Assembly (NCBI RefSeq): GCF_006345805.1
Contig: NC_042997.1
Coordinates: forward strand, 183,706,001-183,770,000
From: Octopus sinensis
Lineage: Eukaryota
DNA length: 64,000 nt
Direction of reading: 5' to 3'
Shown: positions 11,101-25,068 of the stretch, in pieces
How positions within the stretch are numbered: the first letter of the stretch is position 1
Layout: every line of letters begins with the position of its first letter
Notes under the pieces: model-generated
The model's database searches: none
Told to the model about the DNA's origin: nothing
The model's input: only the letters and a program-made list of their open reading frames with translations
Position numbers and translations under genes: made by a program

Positions 11101-11585
11101 ACGTGTGCGCGCATGTGTTAGATTTGTTTATCTTAATGCAAAAATCCCACTGTTTATGTTTCATCTTTGCAATGCAAATAAAGAAATCAACACCATTATT
11201 ATTTATTTGAGTGGTTGATGACGGAACTGGGAGTGCAAAATGCCAAGTTGTATTTAATTACATCTCTCCACTGTGGATTTAAATCCTATCTATACCAACT
11301 TTGTTACTTGTTTTCCACACCCCAAAGTAAATAAAAACAAACCAGCTACACGGGTTGATATAATCCTTAAAAATCACCCAGTGGCCAACGTAAGAAATCT
11401 GTTTTATTTATTAGATAATCGTAAGGCGTCACGCTGGTAAAATCGTTACCGCGTCGAACAAATATTCATAGTTTTATTTCTTCCATCTCTTTGCATCCGA
11501 TTTCAAATGCCGCCAAAGTCGACTTTGCCTTTCATCCTTTCAGAGTCAAGTACTTGGGGAGGATGGGGGTGGTGGTTTCGATGTA

Positions 11586-12096
11586 ACGTAAATCCTTGAG
11601 TATAATACGCAGGGGATTTTTAGGGGGGGCTGTACCTCTGAAAAACCTAAACCTTGTGTATAATACGCACCCCTTCTCTAACTTGAGTCGTGCGTAATTA
11701 AGCCAGCAGCAAGCACCTAGTCGAACAAACACTTCTGCGCATGCGTAATACAATAATGGTGATGTTCTTAACTGTTATATGGGAATGTAAATATGTTTGC
11801 AAATTGTTTTTGTTATATGTTATTCTGTGTTCTGAATACTTTTATTTTAATAAATGATGCTTATTGCAAGTTATGGATGATTCTTTTATGACTTCATTTC
11901 TTTCAGGTTCAGCTTAAGGTATTTTCGCGCCCGACATCACAAAATGCGTCTGAATAAACATTGCCGGACAGCAAATAGAGACTCAGGCATTGCTTAGAAA
12001 ATATTTTTCATTTTTAACTTCGTATATAGTACGCACTAGGGATTTTGACCTTTAAATTTTGAGAAAAAAATGCGGATTATATTTGAGGATTTACGG
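11586..12096. mobile_element. TA-flanked Tc1/mariner-pogo-type MITE
   Basis: Left TA|acgtaaatccttgagtataatacgca and right tgcggattatatttgaggatttacgg|TA are imperfect TIRs. Confidence 0.75.
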
Positions 12097-12730
12097 TAAT
12101 CGACTCTCCCACTTCCTTCAAAATTACTGGCCTTGAGCCTACAATTAGAAAGCACCCACAACGACAATACTTTCAACCCACTATTTGACAAGTATTTTAT
12201 TTTATCATCCCCCGAAAGGATGTAAAACAGTGTTAAGACTTGGGGAGATATGAACTCAGAACGTAGAGAACCAGAAGAAATACTGCAAAACTTTTCGTCT
12301 AAAACTCTAAAATTCTGTGAAGTACCTGTAATTTATTTATTTAAATGTTTACTTCTTTTTTTTTTTTTAGAATTTCGATTCACGTTGACAATCCAAATTT
12401 AGTTCGTGGTGGAGACAATTTCATTTCCATTACAGTGTCAGTAACCTAACATTTTAAAAGGTGATGATTGAGAAATGAATATTGCATTTCCTTTCTGCAT
12501 CCTGCCTCCGGGATGTGAGATTGTGACAAGCATTACAAGTATATGATTTTAATGTAAAAAAAATTACAGAGGTACAATGATATGTTTCTATCGTTTGTGT
12601 GTGTGTGTGCGTGCGTGCGCGTTTCTGAACCTTTGCTAAGGTTTCCTTGAAGACCATAAAATGTTACTCAGTAGAATTTGTTAAACCAATAAATAAAATT
12701 TATTCAAATAAAATTCTTTACACACATGCA

Positions 12731-12761
<31 letters not shown>

Positions 12762-13031
12762 ACATACATACATATGTGTGTGTATATATATATAAATTAA
12801 ATTAGAGATAAAACCACTATTAGGCAACTCAGTGATAGACATAAACCAAAACTTAAAAAACAAAAATAAATATAATTAATATAATATACAATATATATAT
12901 AAAATATAAAATATTAAAATTTGAAATTTTTAAATTTATATTTATAAATTTTTATATTTAAACATTTTTTAATTTCTAAACTTGAAAATTTTTTTTAACT
13001 AACCAAAAAGTATAAAAAAGTTAAATATAAG

Positions 13032-13033
<2 letters not shown>

Positions 13034-13075
<42 letters not shown>

Positions 13076-13097
13076 CACACACATGTATACATATATA

Positions 13098-13140
<43 letters not shown>

Positions 13141-13151
13141 CACACACATGT

Positions 13152-13207
<56 letters not shown>

Positions 13208-13208
13208 C
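13034..13208. repeat. (TA)n/(CA)n compound microsatellite with an internal duplication
   Basis: Direct reading. Confidence 0.9.
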
Positions 13209-15676
13209 TTTTCCCCTTTCTCATAGTGTAAAATCAGTGCAGTAACTGTAAATATTATAAACATGGCAACATGCCTCCTCTGCAATATAAACCTCCAAGC
13301 TGCTTTACATTGAAATATTTTTGACTTGGGAAAATATAAAGATTACACAAAAAGATAGTGAAAATAGGATGATTTCAAAATATTTTTGCTAGCTAACTTA
13401 GACAAAGATAATTACATCTTGTTTATCTTACTTGGAAAAAAAGACAAACCTATCACTTTTTAGTGATGTTATATGGAGTACAGGCGTCATATTAGAAATG
13501 TAGAAAAATATTGACTCAGCTGCACAGATGCAGCTATTTGAGAGAGTTGGGTGTTTGTCTACTTGATAGAAAAGCTTGATAGTGCAGTGTGCCACAGGCA
13601 ATTGTATCTAACTCTCGGTGCCTTAGTTCATATAGCTTTTATTGTTTAGTAGCCAGGTCAGCCCTAATTGAGCAAACCTATGATCAAAGGCATTCTAACA
13701 TGATTGTTTTGTGTTTTTATAGCTACATGGAACTATATCTTCCTATTATCATTTCTTCAACCAAGACAGCATAATGTTATTTGAGAGAGATTTGGCTATC
13801 ATTTCTAGCAAACACACAGAGGTTTCTTTGTTGGTTCATTTGCATATCTGTTAAAATACAAATGAAAAGCTCACTGCTGTAATGAGTGGGAAGACTGCAT
13901 TACTGACAATTGTTTCATTAACTTACAGTACTGAGTTCAAATCTCAGCAGAAAAAATCCACAATAGAACAGATTTTGCAATTTAGAGAAAAAAATATCTG
14001 ATTTTTTCAAAAGCTGTAAAGATTGGAATAAGTTCCATCGTGCTTTATCTCTGAACGCAAGGATCCTCTGAAGAGCAAGTAATATGCTCAAATATTGAAG
14101 CTTCTATTCAGTTATTACTATGCAGAACAAATAATTGCTCCACCTCTGTTTCAGTTATTCCCTACATTAAGCAGTGAGTTGGCAGAATCATTAAATCAGC
14201 ATTTGTTATGACTTTGTACTCAGAGTTCAATCCTGCTGAGGTCAACTTTGTCTTTTATTCTTTTGGGGTTGATAAAAAGATACCAATCCTGGGTGGTGAA
14301 GTGGCAGAAAAGTGAGAGCATTGGATTGGATGCCTTGTGGTATTTGTTCCAGCTGTCTGCATTGTAAGTTCAAATCTCACCATGACCTATTTGTGTATAT
14401 AACAAGGTTTCTACCTAGATTTGAACCATCTTACTCAAATTTTCAGTTTAGAACCACTATTTTTATTGCCATAAAAGGCAGGACCCACTCTGTGGATGGA
14501 ATTATATCACCATAAAAGGTATGAATATCTACATAAGCATGATTTGACCTATCAATATTGGCTAGCATGTAACCAATAAAGTAGTAAACTTAAAAGAAAG
14601 TTGAGTGGATCGCGGTTTCGATTCCCAGACCAGGCATTGTGAGTGTTAATTGAGCGAAAACACCTAAAGCTCCACAAGGCTCCAGCAGGGGGTGATGGCG
14701 ATCCCTGCTGTACTAAGGAAATGGCGGTGCCCCAGCATGGCCACAGCTTGTGAGCTGAAACTAGATGAAATGAAATTGTATTTCCAAAGGTTCTAGAAGT
14801 TTTCCTCAAGGTTATAAAAAGTTGGAGTACCTAACTCCATGACAGAATTACTTCAAGTGCTACATGAAACTCTATCATTCAGTTCTATGAAAGGTGGTCT
14901 TACTTTCTTCTACTTGTTTTGCATAACATGCTTTGTATATCTGATCAGCAAAAGAAAATCTACCTTGTGTGGGAATGCTGACATAAATACCTATCTATAT
15001 AGATGCAAATATCTTTCCATATAATTACTTGCTCTGTTCTGTTTATAATAACTATGTACAATTATTATAAAACATTATTAAATGAAGCATTTTTTCTATC
15101 CAATGCAGAGTAAACATTTAAATGTTGCATATGCATGATCTTCAAACTTTGAGTCCCACAGAGGCAATGACTTGCTATGCTTGAGAGGACCTGTCAAGTC
15201 AAGTGTGCCCATACTGGTGGCACATACAGAATACATTCCAAGCATTGGGCCTCATAGAGGTAAAGTAGCTGAGTTCCTTTCAAGTGTTGGGCCTCACAGA
15301 GGCAAAGTGGCTGAGTTCCTTTTGAGCATTGAGCCTCACGGAGGCAATGACAAAGATCTTTGACATTATGTAGTTCTTGAGAAGACCCATCAAAATTGCA
15401 GTTGTGACAGATTCCGGTGTCATGTAATTTAGTGATTTGGCATATAACATCAATAAAATAAGTACCAGACTTTAAAAAAAGTAATGGGGTTGATGTAAAC
15501 AAACCAATACAAGTTGTCAAACAGTGGTGAGGGACATACATAAAGACACAAACATAGATGTATATACATATATACAACAAGCTTCTTTCAGTTTCTATCC
15601 ACCAAATTCATTCACAAAGCTTTCATTGGCCCAGAGCTATATTAGAAAACATCTGCCTAAGGTGTCACACAGTGAG

Positions 15677-15998
15677 GAAGACAGAAACTTTTTGAAAATT
15701 GTTGTAACAGGTGACAAATTATGGGTCTATGGATATGAGCCTGAAATGAAGGCAAAAATCAAATCCCACCTGAAAGGAACAAAATTTCAAGTCATTGAAG
15801 AAATCCAAGAGAACACAACAAGACAACTGCTTGCTATCCCCAAAAAGAAGTTCCAGGAATGCTTCCATCAATGGAAATAACACTGGATAAAGTGTATGGT
15901 TCCAGAAGGAGACTACTTCAAAGGAAATTAAATGCTGAATTGATATGGGTTGTAGTGTTTTTATAATACCAGTCCCGATACTTTTTGATCAGACCCTG
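15677..15998 (+). mobile_element. Internally deleted mariner remnant
   Basis: FLKIVVTGDKLWVYGYEPEMK (TGDETW motif) joined to KIKSHLKGTKF...FQECFHQWK*HWIKC...GDYFKG; right TIR ctttttgatcagaccctg|TA. Confidence 0.9.
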
Positions 15999-16313
15999 TA
16001 TTGCCCCCCCCCCCCACCCATTCATTAAAATCTTTCCTGGTCTCTCCAGTGAGTGAGCCTTGAGGTTTGACCTCACACATTTTCCAGTGTCTTCCTCTTT
16101 CACGAGTACCCTCTATCAACTGCCCTTTTTCACAAGGTACTACTTGTTTTATATGTGGCCAGTATTACAGTTCACTTATGGCCAAGCTTTCAAGCAGCCT
16201 AATATTACACATCCACCAGATCATGATCTCCTCCGTACATCTTCTGTATTCAATAATGCTCTTAATACCATCTCATTTTTTTACATTCTATTATTCAAAC
16301 ATTATGCCTTTAA

Positions 16314-16514
16314 CCCTTTCGGTACCATATTTATTTTGAGATGCTCTGTGTTTCTTTCTATTACTTTAAATATAACAAAGAATTTAGTAAAATAACTTCG
16401 TTATCATTCAGCTAGTGTTAGGAACATAAATTGTGACTAAGGTTTGATGGAAGATTTTAATTCAAAACTTATGAAAACAAGACATTTGTTTCAGTCGGGT
16501 TGGTAACAAAAGGG
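16314..16514. mobile_element. piggyBac-like MITE (TTAA TSD, CCCTT...AAGGG termini)
   Basis: ttaa|ccctttc ... aaaaggg|ttaa; a second copy lies at 60030..60249. Confidence 0.85.
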
Positions 16515-16854
16515 TTAATACGAAGGCGAACCTTTTATAGACAGCAACTTTCTAATCATTTTTCATTACCCTGGCAACTATGCTTTACACTGAGTGCTAA
16601 TTAGATCACCTAAGTAACTATCAACCACATTTAGTGAGTAGTCCATAATACAGTATACAAGAAAGGAGACTGCACTGGTTTGGTCATATGATGTGGATGG
16701 ATGAGGAAACTTGCATAAAGAAGTGTCAATCACTTAACGTGAAGAACAATTGTGGAAGAGGAAGGCCCAGGAAACACTCAAAACACTGAGCCTTATAAAG
16801 GAAATTACATAGGATTAAGATATGTGGCACACTGCTGCACTCAAGAAGACCTAT

Positions 16855-17065
16855 TTTTTTACCACCCACAAGGGGCCAAACACAAAGAGGACAAACGGAC
16901 CAAGTCGATTACATCAACCCCTGTGCATAACTGGTACTTATTTAATTGACCCCGAAAGGATGAAAGGCAAAGTAGACCTCGGCGGAATTTGAACTCAGAA
17001 TGTAACAGCAGACGAAATAGCACTAAGCATTTCGCCCAGCGTGCTAACGTTTCTACCAGCTCAAG
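16855..17065 (-). mobile_element. SINE family B
   Basis: Family B core on the minus strand. Confidence 0.8.
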
Positions 17066-17149
17066 AAGACTTGCCCACCACAACAGAATTAAAATCCTAA
17101 GGCAAAGATGCCATGTAAATAGCATTGGTATGGGTGCCAGTGCCACATA

Positions 17150-17380
17150 AAAAGCACTGGTGTTGGTTGGTGCCATGTAAAAAACACAGGTGATGATACC
17201 ATGTAGAAAGCATCCAATACACTCATAAAGTAGTTGGTGTTAGGAAGAACATCCAGTTGTAGAAACCAAACCAAACTAGACTATGGAACCTGATGTGGCC
17301 CATGGCCTTGCCAGTTACTGTCAAGCCATCCAGCCCATGTCAGCATGGAAAACAGACAGTAAATGTTGATGATGATGATG
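17150..17380 (+). mobile_element. RTE LINE 3' tail (family C)
   Basis: gttggtgttaggaagaacatccag...catggaaaacagac...(GAT)n; same tail as the LINE at 47535..50946. Confidence 0.75.
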
Positions 17381-18134
17381 TACTTCTAGTGCTTACTATT
17401 CATGTACAGTATCTCATTTAAATGCCTGGTTCTGTCAACCTGCTGAAAATCACACACTCTTTGTTACTACCATGCTGGTCTTTACTCTGTGTGCCTTAAA
17501 TCATGCTCTAGACCTCTAAACTATATTTTCCAGGTATTTTTTGTTCTGAAATTAGCCAACAGATTCTGTCATGAAAATGAGGTCATCAACAAATAAAGGT
17601 TCCCAAGGACGACTGTGAAAGTGAGATCCTGACACTTTTGTAACATTGACATAATTCTGATTGCATTATTATGTGAAACAATAAGGAAAACAGCTAAACA
17701 GAAAGCAATCACACTTCCAAAACCTGTATTTCTGGAAATCATAAGCAAAATCCAAAGTTTGCGTTAAATTAGTGTCTAAAATTAACTACAATTATCACAA
17801 AATAACACAGGATAAAAATACAAATAACGAGATAAATAAATTAGCTATATTGAAATTATAGATTCAACTTTTGATACAAGGCCAGCATTTCCGGGATAGG
17901 AATAAGTCAATTACATCGACCCCAGTGCACAACTGGTACTTATATCATCAACCCCAAAAAGATGAAAAGCAAAGTTGACCTCTGTGACATTTGAACTCAG
18001 AACAAAGTTGGAAGAAATGCCACTAAGCATTTTCTCTGGCATAGTAATGATTTTGCCGGCTTGTAGCCTTAAGCTACATTGCTGTGGTTTTCAACCAAGG
18101 TCTATTTAAGATTTTGTTGTTAAAATTCATTTGC

Positions 18135-18476
18135 AAGTAGCATGCTTACAAACCACATGGTTCCGGGTTCAGTCCCACTGCCGTGGCACCTTGTGCAAGT
18201 GTCTTCTTCTATAGCCTCGGGCCAACCAAAGCCTTGTGAGTGGATTTGGTAGACGGAAACTGAAAGAAGCCTGTCGTATATATGTATATATATATATGTG
18301 TGTGTGTTTGTCCCCACCAACATCGCTTGACAACCAATGCTGGTGTGTTTACGTCCCCGTAACTTAGCGGTTCGGCAAAAAGAGACCGATAAAATAAGTC
18401 TTGGGGTGGTTTTGCTCGACTAAAGACGGTGCTCCAGCATGGCCGCAGTCAAATGACTGAAACAAGTAAAAGAATA
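18135..18476 (+). mobile_element. SINE family A
   Basis: Family A body and tail. Confidence 0.85.
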
Positions 18477-18670
18477 AACTTCTACAATACACAGCATATT
18501 TAACAATTTTTCATATAATTCCTAATATTTAATCATAAAATATAATAGTTGTTTTTAGACATTGAAGGACAATTAGGGTTCTCCTTCCCAGCAGCCCCCC
18601 CTAGTAAAATAAGGATCAAAGGAAATAACAATGGTTGAGAGCCACCGCTATAATGAAATGATAAACATTC
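18477..18670 (-). mobile_element. Second copy of the hAT-associated end sequence
   Basis: Near-identical to 7181..7393. Confidence 0.6.
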
Positions 18671-19724
18671 AAAATTCAACAATGCGATGTACTGTCAGGT
18701 TGTCTCCCTTGCAGATGTTACAGCAAGATTATTTTCCCTCATTTTTGGATGTTGGATTGACAGAATCATCAGTGTTGAACAAAATGCTTTGCAATATTTG
18801 TTTGGAGTTCAGGTTGATGTTATATGCCAGATCACTAAATTACAGAGATGTAAACAAACCAATACCAGTTGTCAAATAGTGGTGAGGGACATACATAAAG
18901 ACATCAATCCTGCCCAGATGATTTGTTGATTTTTGCCTTTCATCTTTCTGGAGTCAATAAAGTACCAGTCAAGTATTAAGGTCAATATAAATCGAGTGAA
19001 ACCCACTCCCAAATTCATGGCCATATGTCTATGTAAGAAATAATTTTGCTGCATTTTCATATAAAAAAAAGCAAAACTTGAATGGGAAAAAATCTTCCTA
19101 AATTGTTTCTACCAAGCTGTCATTTCAATTCAAATATATTTTAACGAACATTCATGTGATATTTTATAGTTTTTATTTTGTTAGTTTTTTTTGTCCTGTT
19201 GATGTCAGTCTACTTTTCATTCCCACCATTCTTTCTTTAGTCTCTCATTTAGCAAAAGCTAATAAACTTAATACCTCAGTAATTTTCAGACACTTTCGTA
19301 AAGTAGAATATAATAGACTGAGAATGGTTTGATTGAATATCCCATTTCCATAACAATTCATCCTGTATTACTCAAACTTCTAGTTTACCCACAACTTAGA
19401 CTTTCAGTGCAATCACAAGTCATCAACCTTAAAGCCAAAAAAAAAAAAAAAGAAAACCTATTCACACTGATGGATAGCTGGTCCAGTGAGAGCCCTCTTA
19501 CAATGTCAATGATAGATGGTTGAACCCCGACCTGGTCTCAGTTGGGGAACAACTGGGCTTGTGGCTTTTATAGTAAGGTATAACTAAAGCTGGCATTGTA
19601 TGATACAATCATTATGGAGAAGAGAAAATTATTTTCTCATTGCTCAGCTAGAAAAAAAAATACAAGCGAGGCTGTCAAAGTGTAGTTACACTGGTAGAGC
19701 CTACAGAACATCTAGACATGAACA

Positions 19725-20260
19725 TTGCCCTTTTCAAGCCTAGCTAGGTTCATGGGCCTGGTTTCCCGGTTTCTGTGGTGTATATATTCCCCCCCCCCAG
19801 CTGGATGGGATGCCAGTACATCACAGCGTTACTCAAGAAACAGGAAGAGAGAGTGAGAGAAAGTTGTGACAAAAGAGTACAACAGGAGTTGCGACCACCC
19901 CCTGCTGGAGCCTCGTGGAGCTTTTAGGTGTTTTCGCTCAAAACACACAACGCCTAGTCTGGGAATCGAAACTGCGAGTCCACTGCCCTAACCACTGGGC
20001 CATTGCGCCTCCACAAATAAATGCGCCCTTTTAAAAGCTTAGCCAGGCTCATGGGCTCGGTTTCAATGGCGTATGTGTTCCCCAGCTGGGCAGGACGCCA
20101 GTCCATTGCAGCGTTACTCATTTTTGCCAGCTGAGTGGACTGGAGCAACGTGAAATGAAGTGTTTTGCTCAAGAACACAACACATCGCCCGGTCCAGGAA
20201 TTGAAACCACAATCTTACGATCATGATGCTGACACCCTAACCACTTAGCCACGTGCCTCC
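19725..20260 (-). mobile_element. Two different tRNA-headed SINEs (D then E) inside one 17-bp TSD
   Basis: TSD acatctagacatgaaca at 19708..19724 and 20261..20277; both heads begin gtggaggc on the minus strand. Confidence 0.85.
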
Positions 20261-21042
20261 ACATCTAGACATGAACAAGATACTAAATAGCCTTCTTTAA
20301 ATAACAGGCAAAATGCTGAAGAGAATGTTGTATTGTCAGACAATGCTGTGCACTAAAGGCATATTTAATGGATTACAAGTTGTATACTGTATAGAATGGC
20401 TAGTTTCAGGTGTGGTTCATCAGCTCACCTGTATGACGAGTGCTTGGGCTGTGGTTTGTTTAAGATCATCCCTCAACTGTTTCTGAAATCTGATGAAATC
20501 CATCTATTCAGTGGCAGACATAAATATTTGATTTACAATTAGAACTTCTTAAATAAAAAATAATATTCTATGTTAGCCAAATTCATCTTAATAATACCAG
20601 TCATCCTTTAAGGCTATGTTGTAATTCTGACATTTTTTTTCCAGATTGCCAATGAAAATTTAATCAATTTAACCATCACCTCCAGCTTTCCTGTGTTTGT
20701 ATATTTTCTTTATTTTAAAGTTTATTTTTTTAATGACTGGATGTTTTTCATGATGCTAACCCCTAATAATATCTATTTTGCAAGAATCTGAAGCAAGCAG
20801 AGTTATGTACCTTGTCAAGTTCAGTATTACAGCATCTGCAGTATATTAACTCTCGATAATCCAGAGTGTATCTTGATTGTAAAAAAGGAACACCAGATAC
20901 TGGCATGCTGTAAAATTAAAAAGCTGACAGTAGAATTATCTGGCAGAAAAAAAAAACCCACCCTGCTTCAAAATTGAACCCATTCAACCTGTGCATGCAT
21001 GGAAAGACATAAAATGATCACTGTCTAACATCTTAATACATT

Positions 21043-21354
21043 CTTCTTCTTCGCCCTTTTCAAGCCTAGCCAGGCTCATGGGCCCGGTTTCCTGGTTTCT
21101 GTGGCGCATGTGTCCCCCCCAGCTGGATGGGACGCCAGTCCATTGCAGCATTACCCAAGAAACAGGAAGAGAGAGTGAGAGAAAGTTGTGGTGAAAGAGT
21201 ACAACAGGGGTCGCCACCACCCCCTGTCAGAGCCTCGTGGAGCTTTTAGGTGTTTTTGCTCAATAAACACACACAACGCCCGGTCTGGGAATCAAAACTG
21301 CGATCCTCCAACCATGAGTCCACTGCCATAACCACTGGGCCATTGTGCCTCCAC
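21043..21354 (-). mobile_element. tRNA-headed SINE family E with TSD
   Basis: TSD tcttaatacatt on both sides; A/B-box-like head. Confidence 0.85.
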
Positions 21355-21719
21355 TCTTAATACATTAGAACCCATTATTTGGTAGCTCACCCAGCTAGAT
21401 ATAGCAGCCAAAATATCCTTCGAATTATATTTTACTTTCTTCAAAGAACAAAGGTTCACTGGAAAATGCATTCTCTGGCATATACACAGAAGCAATTGTT
21501 ATCATTTGGATGAAACAAACAACGTTACTGATAATCCAAACCAGAACGTATCGGAATATTTATTGGTATTTAAATAACTTAATTTTAATGTCAATTGAGC
21601 TAAAGGAGAGATAATTGACCTATGGATGTCAACTAATCTTTTGAAGAACAAAATTTCTCAAAGCTCTTTTGAAAACTATCATTAAATCAAGTTTGACAAA
21701 ATATTTTCAAAATAATAAT

Positions 21720-22385
21720 TTCAAATTTTGACACAAGGCCCGTAATTTTAGGGGAGGGAGGTAGCTGACTGCACCAACCTGTGCTCAATTGGTACTCGTT
21801 TTATTGACTCCAAAAGGATGAGAGGCAAAGTCAACCTCTGTGAATTTAAACTCAGAATGTAATGATTTGAAAGAAATACTAAGCATTTTGTTAGTCACTT
21901 TGGCAATTCTTATTTCTTTATTGCCCACAAGGGGCTAAACAGAAGGGACAAACAAGGCCAGACAAACGGATTAAGCCGATTACATCGACCCCAGTGCGTA
22001 ACTGGTACTTAATTTATCGACCCCGAAAGATGAAAAGCAAAGTTGACCTTGGCGGAATTTGAACTCAGAACGTAACGGCAGACGAAATACGGCTACACAT
22101 TTCGCCAGGCGTGCTAACGTTTCTGCCAGACGAAATACCTATTTCTTTACAGCCCACAAGGAGCTAAACACAGAGAGGACAAACAAGGACAGACAAATGG
22201 ATTAAGTCGATTATATTGACCCCAGTGTGTAACTGGTACTTATTTAATCGACCCCAAAAGGATGAAAGGCAAAGTCGACTTCGGCGGAATTTGAACTCCG
22301 AACATAGCGGCAGAAGAAATACCGCAAAGTATTTCGCCCGGCATGCTAACGTTTCTGCCAGCTCATCACTTCAGCAATTCTGCTG
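21720..22385 (-). mobile_element. Tandem array of three SINE family B copies
   Basis: Three successive family B cores. Confidence 0.85.
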
Positions 22386-22861
22386 GCTCAAAACCTTCAA
22401 AATATTTTAACAATATCAAAACTAAATTTTACTGTTGTGACCAAGTCAAACTGTTTTGTGTTTTATGAATAGTATTGGGACACATCTCTAGAAAAGATGA
22501 CAAACCGCTCTTGCTTACTCAATTAACTGAAATCAAAATAGATACCATGCTAATGCTACAAGTAGCAAGAACATAGTGTAACTGAAGAGTTTATTATTAG
22601 CTTAAGTATTCAGCTCTAATCCTCCTCCTATACTCATCAGTGACTAAAGTAGAAATGGTTTGACTAGTTTTATTATTTTATCCAAAAATGGTCAAAAGCA
22701 GTATCCAGATGACTTAATATTGAATCAGAACCATCAACTAATGAATAAATAGACTACTATATAAATTCATATATAAGTCACACCCATTTTATGTTTGGCT
22801 TCAGCCTTTCTCCCATACATGTCTCATGTTACTTTTCATGAATATAATTTGCACATTTATA

Positions 22862-23392
22862 GGTGCAGGAGTGGCTGTGTGGTAAGTAGCTTGCTTACCA
22901 ATCACGTGGTTCTGGGTTCAGTCCCACTGCATGGCACCTTGTGAGTGGATTTGGTAGATGGAAACTGAAAGAAGTCCGTCGTATATGTATATATAGGCGC
23001 AGGAGTGGCTGTGTGGTAAGTAGCTTGCTTACCAACCACATGGTTCTGGGTTCAGTCCCACTGCATGGCACCTTGGTCAAGTGTCGACTACTATAACCTC
23101 GGGTTGACCAAAGCCTTGTGAGTGGATTTGGTAGATGGAAATTGAAAGAAGCCTGTCGTATATATATATATATATATATATACATGTGTGTGTGTGTGTG
23201 TGTGTTTGTCCTCCCAACATCGCTTGATAACCGATGCTGGTGTTTGCATTCCCGTAACTTAGCAGTTCGGCAAAAGAGACTGATAGAATAAGTACTAAGC
23301 TTACAAAGAATAAGTCCTGAGGTTGATTTGCTCGACTAAAGGCGGTGTTCCAGCATGGCCGCAGTCAAATGACTGAAACAAGTAAAATAGTA
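22862..23392 (+). mobile_element. SINE family A with duplicated head
   Basis: Heads at ~22862 and ~22996. Confidence 0.85.
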
Positions 23393-23579
23393 TTTAGCTG
23401 AAATAATCCAAATCATTGCTAATACAGTCTAGCAGCCTCAGAACCAGCTATCATAGCAATGTGTCTTTGTAACCTGCATCTGGAACAAACCAAGTACTTT
23501 TAAACTTTCAGTCTTGATTGATCAATAAATTGCACATCCAATTGACCAACAGAAAACTGTACATATGTATGTATATCTT

Positions 23580-23925
23580 ACCAGCGTCGCCTTGCTGACA
23601 CTTGTACCGGTGACACATGAAAAAACATTCAAGCGAGGTTGTTGCCAGTGCCGCTGGACTGGCTCCTGTGCAGGTGGCACGCAAAAAACACTATTTGAGT
23701 GTGGCCATTGCCAGTACCGCCTGACTGGCCCTCATGCCAATGGCACGTAAAAGCACCCACAACACTCTCAGAGTGGTTGGCATTAGGAAGAGCATCCAGC
23801 TGTAGAAACTCTGCCAGATCAGATTGGAGCCTGGTGCAGCCATCTGGTCCGCCAGTCCTCAGTCAAATCATCCAACCCATGCTAGCATGGAAAGTGGACG
23901 CTAAATGATGATGATGATGATGATC
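23580..23925 (+). mobile_element. RTE LINE 3' tail (family C) with repeat units
   Basis: Family C tail ending in (GAT)n. Confidence 0.8.
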
Positions 23926-24308
23926 TTGACACGACATGACAGTTGAAAGTAAGTGCCACCATCATTCAAGTAGTGTCATATTTCAAATCTATTGACATGC
24001 TTACACATATCTGACCTTGAGAATATATTACCTTGCTTGGAAACATGTGAGGGTTGGTGAGAGGAAGTACATCTGGCTGTAGAAAATCTGCCTTAACAAA
24101 TTCTGACCCATGCAGCATGGAAAAGTAGATGCAAAACAATAATGATTATGAACATTATTAAAAACACATTTACAATGACTTTATGACTCCTCAGAATTAT
24201 TATTGACAGTCTATTGGTCAATCACTGCTATCATTTCTTTGATGTAATGCGAGCCTATTTCTGTTCATAAATCTTGAGGAACCTGTGTAATATTATACTT
24301 GCATCAAT

Positions 24309-24688
24309 GAGTAGCTGTGTGGTAAGTAGCTTGCTTACCAACCACATGGTTCTGGGTTCAGTCCCACTACGTGGCACCTTGAGCAAGTGTCTTCTACTAT
24401 AGCCTCAGGCCAACCAAAGCCTTGTGAGTGGATTTGGTAGACAGAAACTGAAAGAAGCCCGTCGTATATATGTATATATATATGTGTGTGCGTGTATGTT
24501 TGTCCCCCTAACATTGCTTGACAACCGATGCTGGTGCGTTTATGTCCCCGTCACTTAGCGGTTCGGCAAAAGAGACCAATAGAATAAGTACTGGACTTTA
24601 TAAAGAATAAGTCCCGGGGTCGAGTTACTCGACTAAAGGCAGTGCTCCAGCATGGCCGCAGTCAAAATGACTGAAACAAGTAAAGAGT
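24309..24688 (+). mobile_element. SINE family A
   Basis: Complete body and tail. Confidence 0.85.
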
Positions 24689-25068
24689 ATATGACAAGGA
24701 AGTCCATTCAAAAAGAGACACGGTAGCCTGGTGTAGTCTTCTACCTGGTTGGCTCCTGTCAACCATTCTACCCATGCATGCATGGAAGACAGGATGATAA
24801 TGATGATGATGATACTATTCTGTCAATTGTAATGCTTATTAATTCATATTGTTTAGAATTAATAATTAATAATAATCTCACCGGCTCTAGTCAAACCGTC
24901 CAACCCATGCCAGCATAGAAAGCGGATATTAAATGATGATGATGACAGTTATCCTATCCAAAACAGAAATATCTTTCTAAAAAATATTTCTGCTAAAAAC
25001 CTGTTAAATATAATTTAAGTCTCGATAATTATTCAAATAAAAAAAGACAAACACATGCATACATTAAA

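Noticed and set aside
11907-11918. 12-nt micro-exon (tttcag|gttcagcttaag|gtatt)
   Set aside because: It lies inside the pogo-type MITE, with no host gene on that strand.
13200-13340. Hydrophobic minus-strand frames here and at 17560..17750 as exons of a membrane protein
   Set aside because: Weak or incompatible splice sites and no recognisable homology.
20395-20430. Third hammerhead on the minus strand (CTGATGA-accacacct-GAAACTAG)
   Set aside because: Helix II does not pair and there is no helix I partner.
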